A stretch of 32,000 nt of DNA from the NCBI GenBank assembly GCA_028279745.1, contig JANQNC010000001.1:1-32000 (forward strand), read 5' to 3'. A program made the translations under genes and the position numbers. The notes under the pieces are model-generated. The model saw only the letters and a list, made by a program, of their open reading frames with translations, was not told where the DNA came from and searched no databases. Below, one piece after another: positions 15,453 through 22,744 of the stretch; the first letter of the stretch is position 1, and each line of letters begins with the position of its first letter. Origin of the DNA: Candidatus Nanoarchaeia archaeon. GTDB lineage: Archaea > Nanobdellota > Nanobdellia > Woesearchaeales > JANQNC01.

Positions 15453-17912
15453 ATGGCAACCAGACTTAAAGCTAGGACTACAAAAACAGAAGATAAAGAG
15501 ACAAAGCAAATCTTAGCACACGCTAAAAAAAGACTAAAACAAGGGTACAGTGAAGATTCAGTAAAGATCTGGCTGAAAAGAGAAAATTATCCTACCAAAA
15601 AAATAAATTCTGCCCTCAAAGAAGTTCTAAAAGAATCAAAAACAAAAGAAAAGAAACAGAAAAGAGAATCACTTAGTCTACACAGGAAACGAGCTGAACA
15701 ACTAGTCAAACAGGAAGCTCAAAAGAAAGAAAGACAGAAGAGAGCAAAAGAATTACAGAAAAAGATCTTGGCGCAAAAAAAGAAAGATGAAAGAGAGAGG
15801 ATAAAAAGAGCAGCATCGCTTAAAAAACAAGCTGAAGAAAGAAGACAAAAAGCAGCAGAAGCTAAGAAAAAAGCAGAAAAAGAAAAAGCAATACTAGAAC
15901 TGGAGAGAAAGAAGAAAGCAGCAGAAAGAAAAAAACAAGCAGCTAAAAAGAAAAAAGAGCTAGAAGAAATAAAACAAAAAAGACTAGAAAAGCACAGATT
16001 AGTATTGGCTGAAAAAGCAGCAGAAGAAAAACTAAAACAAGGAATAGCAAGAAAAAAAGTCAAAAAAGCAAAACAGATGTGGAAAGAAGAAGAGGTAAAG
16101 AAACAACTCAAGAAAGAATCAAGAAGAAAAGCATTTGCAGCATCAATATCAAAAGAAAAAGCAGCTGAAGAAAAGAAAAAAGCAGATAAAGCGAAAAGAC
16201 TGAAAGAGTTTAAGGCCAGTAAGCAAAAAGCAGAACAAGAAAGAGCAAGAAAAGAATTAATGTTAGAGAAAAGATCCAAAGAGTTAGAGAAACAGAGACT
16301 GGTTGAAGAGAAAAAGAAAAAGCAAGAGTTATTGAAGAAAAGGAGAGAGGAGAAGAAGAGAAAAGAGCAGGAAAAGAAGAAAAAAGCAGCAGAGAAAAAG
16401 AAGTTACTGGCAGAAAAAGCAAAAAAGAAAACAGCAGAGAAAAAGAAAAAAGAGCAAGAGAGAAAAAAGAACGAAGCCGAAAAGAAAAGAGAACTTTCTA
16501 AAAGAGAAAAAGAAGAACAAGCAGCATTGAAAGAAAAGTTGTATAGGATAGAATCAGCAAGAAAGTTGTGGAAAGAGTCTGAAAAAGAGAAAACAGAACT
16601 GAAAACAAAAAGAAAACAAAAATTCTTAGAAACAAAAGCAGTTGAGGAAAAAGAAGAGAAAAAGAAACTAGCTGCTGAGAAGAGAAGAAAAGCAGCAAAG
16701 AAGAAGAGAGATGCTGAAAAGTTAGTAAAGCAAAGAGAAGAAGCAGAAAAAGCAAGAGCAGATCTAGAAAAACAAACCGCAAAAGAGAAACGGGCTAAGA
16801 AAGCAGAACAGAAAAAGATAGAAAAAGAAAGAGAACAAAGGATAGCTGAACAAGAGAAAGAAGATTTTGAAAAAGCAAAGAAAAAAGCGCAAGAGATACA
16901 AAAGAGAGACAGAGAACGAGCAAGAAGAGCTAAAAAAGCACAAAAACAAAGAGAGCAGACTATCAAAGACATCCAGGAAAGATTTACAAAAACTATGGAC
17001 TTAGTCCATAGAAGACTAAAAGCTGCAAAAGAGGAAGCAACAACCAAGAAACAGGAAAAAGCAGTAGATAAAGCACACGAAGAGATAGAGAAACTAGGAA
17101 AAGACTTTGGTAAACTAGAAGAAAAAGTAGAAGAAAAGATAGAGATCATAGAACCAGAAGAAGCTAAAGAGGAGAAGAAAAAAGAGGAAGTTGAAAAAGA
17201 GATCAAAGAAGAACCTCAAGAAACGGTAGTGGAAACAACCGCGGAGGTTGAAGATGAAAAAGAAGAACAAGAAGAACCAGAAGCAGAGTCAATAATCGAA
17301 GCAGTTGCTGACGAAAAACCAGAAGAAGAAAAAGCACCCGAAGAGATGACAAGAGAAGAAGTGCTTGATAAGAAAGAAGAACTAATCGGTCAAATAAAAT
17401 CATTCGAGAAAAAAGTAGTCAGTAGAGAAGAGAAAATAAAAGAAATCCTGAAAGATTCAGCATTAAAAGATCTAGAAAAAGAATTGGAAAAGAAACTACA
17501 AAAAATACAAAAAGGACTAAAAGAAGATATTAAAGAGATAAAAGAAGAAGTCAAAGACACTCAGAAACAATGGGTTTCTGGCGCCACTAAAGGTGGAGAA
17601 AAAGAAGAACAGAAGGAAGAATCAAAGGAAGAGAAAAAACAAGAAATTCCTGCGTCTGAAGAAAAAGAGCTGACAAAAGAAGAAAAACAGAAGGTAGTTG
17701 ATGAAGTGATGCAGAAATCAAAATCTTATTCTGAGAAAGTATGTGAGATAGTGAATAAATTTGAGTTTGTTGAATTAAGCGAGTTGGCAGACTTTATGGA
17801 TGTAGACAAAAAAACACTGCAAGAGTGGGCAGAACAAGAAGCAAAAGAAGGCAAAATAAAAATATTCAACGTCAAGAATGGAACTTACGAACTAAGAAAA
17901 AATCCAAACTAA
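15453..17912 (+). CDS. 819-aa Lys/Glu-rich protein (putative very long charged single alpha-helix) with small structured N- and C-terminal domains
   Basis: TTTATAAG (15408-15415) and GAGGT lie upstream. N-terminus: KKRLKQGYSEDSVKIWLKRENYPTKKINSALKEVL. About 600 aa of K/E/A/R low complexity follow. The C-terminus, VCEIVNKFEFVELSELADFMDVDKKTLQEWAEQEAKEGKIKIFNVKNGTYELRK, looks like a winged helix. No TM or signal peptide. Confidence 0.85.
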   Translation: MATRLKARTTKTEDKETKQILAHAKKRLKQGYSEDSVKIWLKRENYPTKKINSALKEVLKESKTKEKKQKRESLSLHRKRAEQLVKQEAQKKERQKRAKELQKKILAQKKKDERERIKRAASLKKQAEERRQKAAEAKKKAEKEKAILELERKKKAAERKKQAAKKKKELEEIKQKRLEKHRLVLAEKAAEEKLKQGIARKKVKKAKQMWKEEEVKKQLKKESRRKAFAASISKEKAAEEKKKADKAKRLKEFKASKQKAEQERARKELMLEKRSKELEKQRLVEEKKKKQELLKKRREEKKRKEQEKKKKAAEKKKLLAEKAKKKTAEKKKKEQERKKNEAEKKRELSKREKEEQAALKEKLYRIESARKLWKESEKEKTELKTKRKQKFLETKAVEEKEEKKKLAAEKRRKAAKKKRDAEKLVKQREEAEKARADLEKQTAKEKRAKKAEQKKIEKEREQRIAEQEKEDFEKAKKKAQEIQKRDRERARRAKKAQKQREQTIKDIQERFTKTMDLVHRRLKAAKEEATTKKQEKAVDKAHEEIEKLGKDFGKLEEKVEEKIEIIEPEEAKEEKKKEEVEKEIKEEPQETVVETTAEVEDEKEEQEEPEAESIIEAVADEKPEEEKAPEEMTREEVLDKKEELIGQIKSFEKKVVSREEKIKEILKDSALKDLEKELEKKLQKIQKGLKEDIKEIKEEVKDTQKQWVSGATKGGEKEEQKEESKEEKKQEIPASEEKELTKEEKQKVVDEVMQKSKSYSEKVCEIVNKFEFVELSELADFMDVDKKTLQEWAEQEAKEGKIKIFNVKNGTYELRKNPN

Positions 17913-19357
17913 ACAACTTCGCCAGAAACACTTCTAAGCATATGTTTAGTGACTTTAACATCAACAGGTTTTTTTAATTCTATCCTGCCTTTGATGCCGA
18001 CAATCAAAGGATAAGTGCCAAACTGTCTACCAAATGTTGTCTTACCATCATAAATTTCAGGAATGACATTCTTCAAAACAGTTCCTTCTGGAACCAATTT
18101 TTTTAACATAGGCAAATCAATATTCTGTCTAACATCATTTCTCCACTTCCAATAGAACTTTTTATTCTTTTTTAGAAACTTGTTACCTGCAGTTTTTTGT
18201 AAAGGTGTGTTTTCAAAAACAGCAACCTGTCTGATGTTGATCCTTCTCAGTAAAAGATCTTCATCTAAGATTTTACGTAACCAGTTCATGTTTTCCTCAT
18301 GAGTTGTCTTAGATTCAGAGATCAGGCCAAACAAAAGGTTGATGCCGGGTAAAAAGTAAGGCAATCCATTCTCCGAGGTTTTAGATCCATATTCGTTTAT
18401 TATCTTTATTGCTTTGAACGCAACTTCTGGACTGCAGTTCATACAGTTAGCCTTAATCACCTCCTTATCAAAAGACTCAACACCTAAAGCAGCAACATTT
18501 CCAGGGGTGCAATACTTAACAATGGCTTTTGTAATCTCGATACCTCTCGTAGTGATTACATGACCTGGATTTACATTGTCAATATGCAAAGTTTTTAGAT
18601 CGGGGCAAGCTTTTCTGATGTCTTTCAAAATTTCAACAGCGTCAGGATGAGCGTAATAGGAAGATTGTTTTCCCAAACGGAAATGTCTGCATCCTAATTT
18701 GTAAAGTTCTTTAACTTCTCTGACAATGTCGCCCCTAGGTCTGACTTCAAACTTATTCTTTAATGGTTCAGTACAAAAACTGCATTTGCCGGCACTACAA
18801 CCTCTTCCTGTTTCGATCTCAATGATCCTTTCATCAGGAATTTGTTTGATGATGCTTGCACCTAAAAGTGAGAGCTCTTTAATTTCAGGATAAGTAAACT
18901 CAAAATCTTTTAACTCATCAAAAATTTTCATATCGTTCCTTTCAAAGAATCTGCCGCCCTCTAAAGAAGTACCGTATAATGCTGGGCCGGCCAAGACTTT
19001 TTTGCAATTCAACTCTTTAATCATCTTAGAGATTTCTGCTAAAGTTCCAGGCAGTGCTGAAAGATATTTGCCTGGGGCATGAATGCCTGCGATAACAATA
19101 ATCTCGTCTGTTTCGTTAAGAATTTTTTGAACGTCTTTATGATTTTTGGTTAAGTTGTAAACTTTTATGTTTGTTTTTTGGCTTTCTTTTGGTTCTTTTA
19201 TCTTGCCTTTGTAATCAAACCACAATCTAAGATCATCAATAGTTAAGTAAGTGATGTCTTCATACATCCCAGCAATATATCTAGGATAAGTTCCAAGAAA
19301 AGGAGGCACACCTAATCCAGAAGGTTCATCAGTGTAACAGTCTATTATTGTTGGCAT
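17909..19357 (-). CDS. Radical SAM enzyme with a non-canonical CX4CX2C cluster motif and a TRAM/OB-like C-terminal domain
   Basis: GRGCSAGKCSFCTEP with Cys187/192/195 (codons at 18773-18799), followed by a TIM-barrel-like pattern (HFRLGKQSSYY..., HIDNVNP..., LGVESFD). The C-terminus GKTTFGRQFGTYPLIVGIKGRIELKKPVDVKVTKHMLRSVSG resembles TRAM domains. The 3' end overlaps the convergent gene by 4 nt. Confidence 0.85.
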   Translation of the reverse strand: MPTIIDCYTDEPSGLGVPPFLGTYPRYIAGMYEDITYLTIDDLRLWFDYKGKIKEPKESQKTNIKVYNLTKNHKDVQKILNETDEIIVIAGIHAPGKYLSALPGTLAEISKMIKELNCKKVLAGPALYGTSLEGGRFFERNDMKIFDELKDFEFTYPEIKELSLLGASIIKQIPDERIIEIETGRGCSAGKCSFCTEPLKNKFEVRPRGDIVREVKELYKLGCRHFRLGKQSSYYAHPDAVEILKDIRKACPDLKTLHIDNVNPGHVITTRGIEITKAIVKYCTPGNVAALGVESFDKEVIKANCMNCSPEVAFKAIKIINEYGSKTSENGLPYFLPGINLLFGLISESKTTHEENMNWLRKILDEDLLLRRINIRQVAVFENTPLQKTAGNKFLKKNKKFYWKWRNDVRQNIDLPMLKKLVPEGTVLKNVIPEIYDGKTTFGRQFGTYPLIVGIKGRIELKKPVDVKVTKHMLRSVSGEVV

Positions 19358-19379
19358 GTTTACCTTGAAGGTTATTGCC

Positions 19380-19389
19380 TTTTATATAT
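19380..19389 (-). promoter_or_regulatory. TATA-like box for the radical SAM gene (apparently leaderless)
   Basis: The minus strand reads ATATATAAAA, with 22 nt between the box and ATG 19357. Confidence 0.5.
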
Positions 19390-19404
19390 TTATTTAAGGA
19401 AAAG

Positions 19405-19412
19405 TTTAAATA
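19405..19412 (+). promoter_or_regulatory. TATA-like box for the LamG gene (apparently leaderless)
   Basis: TTTAAATA, with 22 nt between the box and ATG 19435. Confidence 0.5.
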
Positions 19413-19434
19413 CTAACTTTCTTGAAATAGTTGT

Positions 19435-20280
19435 ATGATGCGAAAACCCGTTATTTTAGCATTAATCTTGATTGCTTGTTCTATATTCGTAGGTGCAAAC
19501 CCTGAAGATGTTCCTACTAATCTGATCAATCATTGGAAGTTGGATGAAACACCTGCAACACATAATACTGTGATTGATGATGCTCAAAATAATGATGATG
19601 GAATTCTTGACACAGGTAATGATGGCCTACAAAAAGACACTTCAGGAAAAATTGATGGTGCTTTAGATTTTGATGGCACAAACGATCATGTAGATCTCTC
19701 AAGCATAGATGCTACAGATTATTATGATGAATACACTATAAGCGCTTGGGTAAAAGCAGATCAGTTAGCAGGTGATAATTTTAGGACTATTGCAGCAACA
19801 GATGCTAATAGTGCAGGAGGATTTGGGATTAGGGTAGACTCAGGTCATTTTAATGGAGATGATCAGTTTGTCTGTTTTGCAGGAGATGGTCCTAATTCTA
19901 ACGTGCATGTGTTCTCTACAACTGAAATGCAGTTGGATGAATGGTACCATGTAGTCTGCACTTATGATGGGACAGATCTTTCAATCTATGTAAACGGGGT
20001 GGGAGAAGATTCTCAGCCAGCGAGCGTGACTGATTCAGGGATTGATGGATTTCAGATCGGAAGATTAAAACTTGGCAATTTACAATATGATCCTTGGGAT
20101 GGCTTAATAGATGATGTTGCAATCTGGGATAGAGAACTGAGTTCTTCAGAAGTGTTACAGGTTTATTCCCTTTCAGATGGAAATGATATTCCTGAGATAG
20201 GAAATGTGAAGAATGTTTCTTTAGTTGTTATGTTACTAGCTACAATAAGTGTGATTATTGGATTAACAAGAAGTAAATAA
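19435..20280 (+). CDS. LamG / concanavalin-A-like lectin domain surface protein with signal peptide and C-terminal TM anchor
   Basis: Signal peptide: MMRKPVILALILIACSIFVGA. LamG-type motifs: HWKLDE, GALDFDGTNDHVDL, YTISAWVKAD, LDEWYHVVCTYDGTDLSIYVNGV, WDGLIDDVAIWDRELSSSEV. C-terminus: PEIGNVKNVSLVVMLLATISVIIGLTRSK. Confidence 0.9.
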   Translation: MMRKPVILALILIACSIFVGANPEDVPTNLINHWKLDETPATHNTVIDDAQNNDDGILDTGNDGLQKDTSGKIDGALDFDGTNDHVDLSSIDATDYYDEYTISAWVKADQLAGDNFRTIAATDANSAGGFGIRVDSGHFNGDDQFVCFAGDGPNSNVHVFSTTEMQLDEWYHVVCTYDGTDLSIYVNGVGEDSQPASVTDSGIDGFQIGRLKLGNLQYDPWDGLIDDVAIWDRELSSSEVLQVYSLSDGNDIPEIGNVKNVSLVVMLLATISVIIGLTRSK

Positions 20281-20299
20281 CAATAAGGCAATACAAAAC

Positions 20300-20308
20300 T
20301 ATATAAAA
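20300..20308 (+). promoter_or_regulatory. TATA box for the SpoIIM-like / Mth938 operon (apparently leaderless)
   Basis: TATATAAAA, with 22 nt between the box and ATG 20331. Confidence 0.55.
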
Positions 20309-20330
20309 ACAAAATTCTAGAATAAAACTA

Positions 20331-20900
20331 ATGAAACAATTCAAACAAGCAATAGAGCTGATCAAATCAGAAAAGAAACTGATCACAGTTGTAGCAAGTA
20401 TATTTGTTCTGATGTTTATTGTTGGGTTAATGTTTCCATATTTTATCCAATCGATACAAGATCAGATAGTGAAACAGATAGTTGAGAGATTTTCAGACAA
20501 AAACATATTTCAAGTTTTCTTTATGATATTGTCGCAAAATTCATTCGCAACATTGCTGACTTTATTGTTAGGGATAACTTTGATTGTTCCTTTGTTTTCT
20601 TTGTGCTTTAATGCATACTTTGTTGGCGCAATAACGATGCAAAAGACACAAGAGATAGGGATGGAAGCATTTATCAGGTTGATCCCACACGGAATATTTG
20701 AGATACCTGCATTCTTGTTGGCAATAAGTTTTGGATTAAGATTAATGCTGGGATTGTTTAAAGGAAAAAAGTTAGGGCAGTTGTATAAAGATGCATTAAA
20801 GGTTTATGTATTTGTAATATTGCCGTTATTGATAGTGGCTGCACTGATAGAGACGTTAGCAATTGGTTTTGTGGGGTCATCGCTTAAGGCTATTGCGTGA
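20331..20900 (+). CDS. SpoIIM-family (stage II sporulation protein M-like) integral membrane protein
   Basis: Four or five predicted TM segments. The signature-like segment RLIPHGIFEIPAFLLAISFG matches the PHG..E.PA motif I associate with the SpoIIM/DUF95 family. TATATAAAA lies 22 nt upstream of the ATG. Confidence 0.75.
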   Translation: MKQFKQAIELIKSEKKLITVVASIFVLMFIVGLMFPYFIQSIQDQIVKQIVERFSDKNIFQVFFMILSQNSFATLLTLLLGITLIVPLFSLCFNAYFVGAITMQKTQEIGMEAFIRLIPHGIFEIPAFLLAISFGLRLMLGLFKGKKLGQLYKDALKVYVFVILPLLIVAALIETLAIGFVGSSLKAIA

Positions 20901-20912
20901 AGGTTAGTAAAA

Positions 20913-21245
20913 ATGATAGACAATTATGAATTTGGAAAAATAACAATAGATGGAACAAATTATGAGAATGACGTAAGAATCTTCCCAGATGAAGTTAAAG
21001 ACTGGTGGAGAAAAGAAGGACACAACCTTTGCATGGAAGATATGGAAGAAGTGTTAGAAGCAGAACCTGGGTTGATCATTATCGGAAAAGGACATGATGG
21101 TGTGATGCAGGTTCCAGATGATGTGGTGAAGGAGATAGAATCAAAAGGGATAAAAATCATAGTAAAGAATACAACAGACGCAGTTGAAGAGTATAACAAG
21201 TCAGATAAGGAAACAACAGTTGCTTGTCTTCATCTTACCTGTTGA
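20913..21245 (+). CDS. Mth938-domain (DUF498/AAMDC-like) protein
   Basis: FGKITIDGTNYENDVRIFPD..., LIIIGKGHDGVMQVPDDVVKEIESKGIKIIVKNTTDAVEEYN and the C-terminal ACLHLTC parallel the Mth938/AAMDC family pattern, including the terminal H.TC. It lies 12 nt downstream of the SpoIIM-like gene. Confidence 0.8.
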   Translation: MIDNYEFGKITIDGTNYENDVRIFPDEVKDWWRKEGHNLCMEDMEEVLEAEPGLIIIGKGHDGVMQVPDDVVKEIESKGIKIIVKNTTDAVEEYNKSDKETTVACLHLTC

Positions 21246-21393
21246 GGAGACGCGAAAGGATGAGCGTCACTAACATAAGTAGGTGAAGGTTGAATTTGAT
21301 ATGATTGTGAGTGTGATGTAAGATAACAAATTGCATTAGAGGCGGCTCGTGAACTCACCGCTTTCATTGCACTTAACCAAGAGGTGAAATAAA

Positions 21394-21555
21394 ATGGAAT
21401 TAACACAAGATGAAAAGAAAGTGTTGAAACATCTAGTAGAAGTAGAACTGGAAGAAGTAAAAAGAGATGAAAAGATAGTGAGAATGCCAGTCGGGATGTT
21501 TGCAGCAGAAGAAGAATTCAGACGGATATTGACAGATTTAAAGAACAAGTTATAA
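21394..21555 (+). CDS. Candidate small ORF (53 aa), helical and charged; absent from the ORF track, probably because it is short
   Basis: GAGGTGA (21381-21387) lies 6 nt before ATG 21394. Translation: MELTQDEKKVLKHLVEVELEEVKRDEKIVRMPVGMFAAEEEFRRILTDLKNKL, stop 21553-21555. The overlapping antisense track ORF (21336..21548) has low-complexity S/F/T composition. Confidence 0.4.
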   Translation: MELTQDEKKVLKHLVEVELEEVKRDEKIVRMPVGMFAAEEEFRRILTDLKNKL

Positions 21556-21563
21556 ACAAAACC

Positions 21564-21587
21564 TTTATAAAGAAAGTTTGTCAGAAT
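21564..21587 (+). promoter_or_regulatory. Cassette-1 promoter: TTTATAAA-N7-TGTCAGAAT
   Basis: TATA at 21564-21571, a 7-nt spacer, then TGTCAGAAT at 21579-21587. The same architecture occurs at 26481-26504. Confidence 0.6.
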
Positions 21588-21608
21588 GTATAATTAAGGG
21601 GTTATTAG

Positions 21609-22655
21609 ATGAAAAAGGGGCAAGTAACAGCGTTTGTAGTATTAGGGGTTATAATCGTAATTCTTGGAGCAGTATTTTTCTTAGCACAGCCATCAGGAGT
21701 AGATGAAAGAACGATAGAAGAGTCAGTAGCAATAACCTCGGACGGGATAGCAGTATCACAATTTATCAAAGGTTGCATGGACACCACAGCAAAATCAGGA
21801 GTGTTATTGGCAGGATTGCAAGGTGGATATACTGATGTGCCGCCAAACTATTTCCCATCAGCATATTCAGATATACCTTACTATTATGACAGAGGACAAC
21901 AAAGTGTAGTTGAATTAAATGATGTAGAGAGCCAGATTGAAAGATTCATGAACTCAAATGTTAAAGCATGCATAAACAACTTTGAAGACTTCACAGAAAA
22001 AGGAGTTAGTGTTAGTGCAGTCAATTCTCCACTTACGGATGTAACAATAAACCCATTGACTGGGATGAGTGTAGCATTAAACTACGAAGTTACTGTGGGC
22101 AGTGGAGAGATGCAAGAAAGCCTAACCAAGTTTGCAGTAGTATACGATTACAGACTAGGGCTGGTGAGGGATACCGCACAAAAAATAGTAGATGAAGTAG
22201 CAGAAAATCCAAAACTAGTTCCATTATCATATCTTACTGAATTGAATGAACAAACAGGGTTACAGATAGACTCATTCAGCTACGGAGACGATAAGGTAGT
22301 GTACATAATAAAAGACTTAGGAACAATAGTTGAAGGAGACACACCTTTATTATTCATCTTTGCAGTGAAAACAGATATTACAAACAGTCCGCCATTAGTT
22401 GTAATAGATGAATCCCAACTAACTGGAAGTGTGGGAGAAGAGTTTAGCATGCAAGTAATTGCAACAGATGAAGAACTAGATCCATTATACTTTGACATAA
22501 CAAATGATGATCTGGTTACAGATGAGATTGACATAGATGGATTGACAGGAGAGATTAGCTTTACACCAACTGAAGCAAGAACATATGCTGCAACAGTAAC
22601 CGTAACAGACGGAGACAATGTTGTAAGCAAACAAATCACGATCACCATCAACTAA
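21609..22655 (+). CDS. N-terminally anchored extracellular protein (class-III-signal-like N-terminus) with C-terminal cadherin-like/He_PIG-type Ig domain; paralog of 26530..27513
   Basis: The N-terminus MKKG/QVTAFVVLGVIIVILGAVFFL fits the archaeal prepilin-type pattern [KR]-G-[Q..]-hydrophobic. Central motifs conserved with the paralog: GIAVS..IK.C, GLQGGYT.V, YYY..GQ, N.L.GM..ALNY, PL...FAV. The C-terminus PPLVVIDESQLTGSVGEEFSMQVIATDEELDPLYFDI...IDGLTGEISFTPTEARTYAATVTVTDG is typical of putative-Ig/cadherin-like repeats. Confidence 0.85.
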   Translation: MKKGQVTAFVVLGVIIVILGAVFFLAQPSGVDERTIEESVAITSDGIAVSQFIKGCMDTTAKSGVLLAGLQGGYTDVPPNYFPSAYSDIPYYYDRGQQSVVELNDVESQIERFMNSNVKACINNFEDFTEKGVSVSAVNSPLTDVTINPLTGMSVALNYEVTVGSGEMQESLTKFAVVYDYRLGLVRDTAQKIVDEVAENPKLVPLSYLTELNEQTGLQIDSFSYGDDKVVYIIKDLGTIVEGDTPLLFIFAVKTDITNSPPLVVIDESQLTGSVGEEFSMQVIATDEELDPLYFDITNDDLVTDEIDIDGLTGEISFTPTEARTYAATVTVTDGDNVVSKQITITIN

Positions 22656-22665
22656 AAATAAAAAA

Positions 22666-22700
22666 AGAGGCAGGCAGAAATGGAACATTTCTGAGCCTCT
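22666..22700 (+). other. Strong intercistronic stem-loop (6 bp + 8 bp, GAA loop)
   Basis: AGAGGC-agg-CAGAAATG-gaa-CATTTCTG-a-GCCTCT. All pairs are Watson-Crick as read from the sequence. AAAAAAGAGG flanks both sides. Confidence 0.6.
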
Positions 22701-22744
22701 AAAAAAGAGGTTACAAAGAGAAAAAACAAACGAGGTAAGTAACC

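Noticed and set aside
15719-17206. 495-aa minus-strand ORF (and smaller ones at 16210-16949 and 17203-17403)
   Set aside because: It is the antisense shadow of the purine-rich K/E coding tract. Its product is low-complexity F/S/L/C with no start context, whereas the plus-strand ORF has structured termini, an SD and a promoter.
6374-17912. Interpretation of the giant-protein operon as a provirus tail-fibre module or mobile element
   Set aside because: The window contains no capsid, portal, terminase, integrase or transposase-like ORFs. It has no flanking direct repeats or tRNA attachment site. Promoter, SD and ATGA-overlap style match the surrounding housekeeping genes.
21246-21393. Possible C/D-box sRNA, H/ACA RNA or tRNA in the 148-nt gap
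   Set aside because: There is only a weak C-box-like GTGATGT and no CTGA D box. No T-loop/D-loop consensus or cloverleaf could be drawn by eye. The region is kept only as a low-interest finding.
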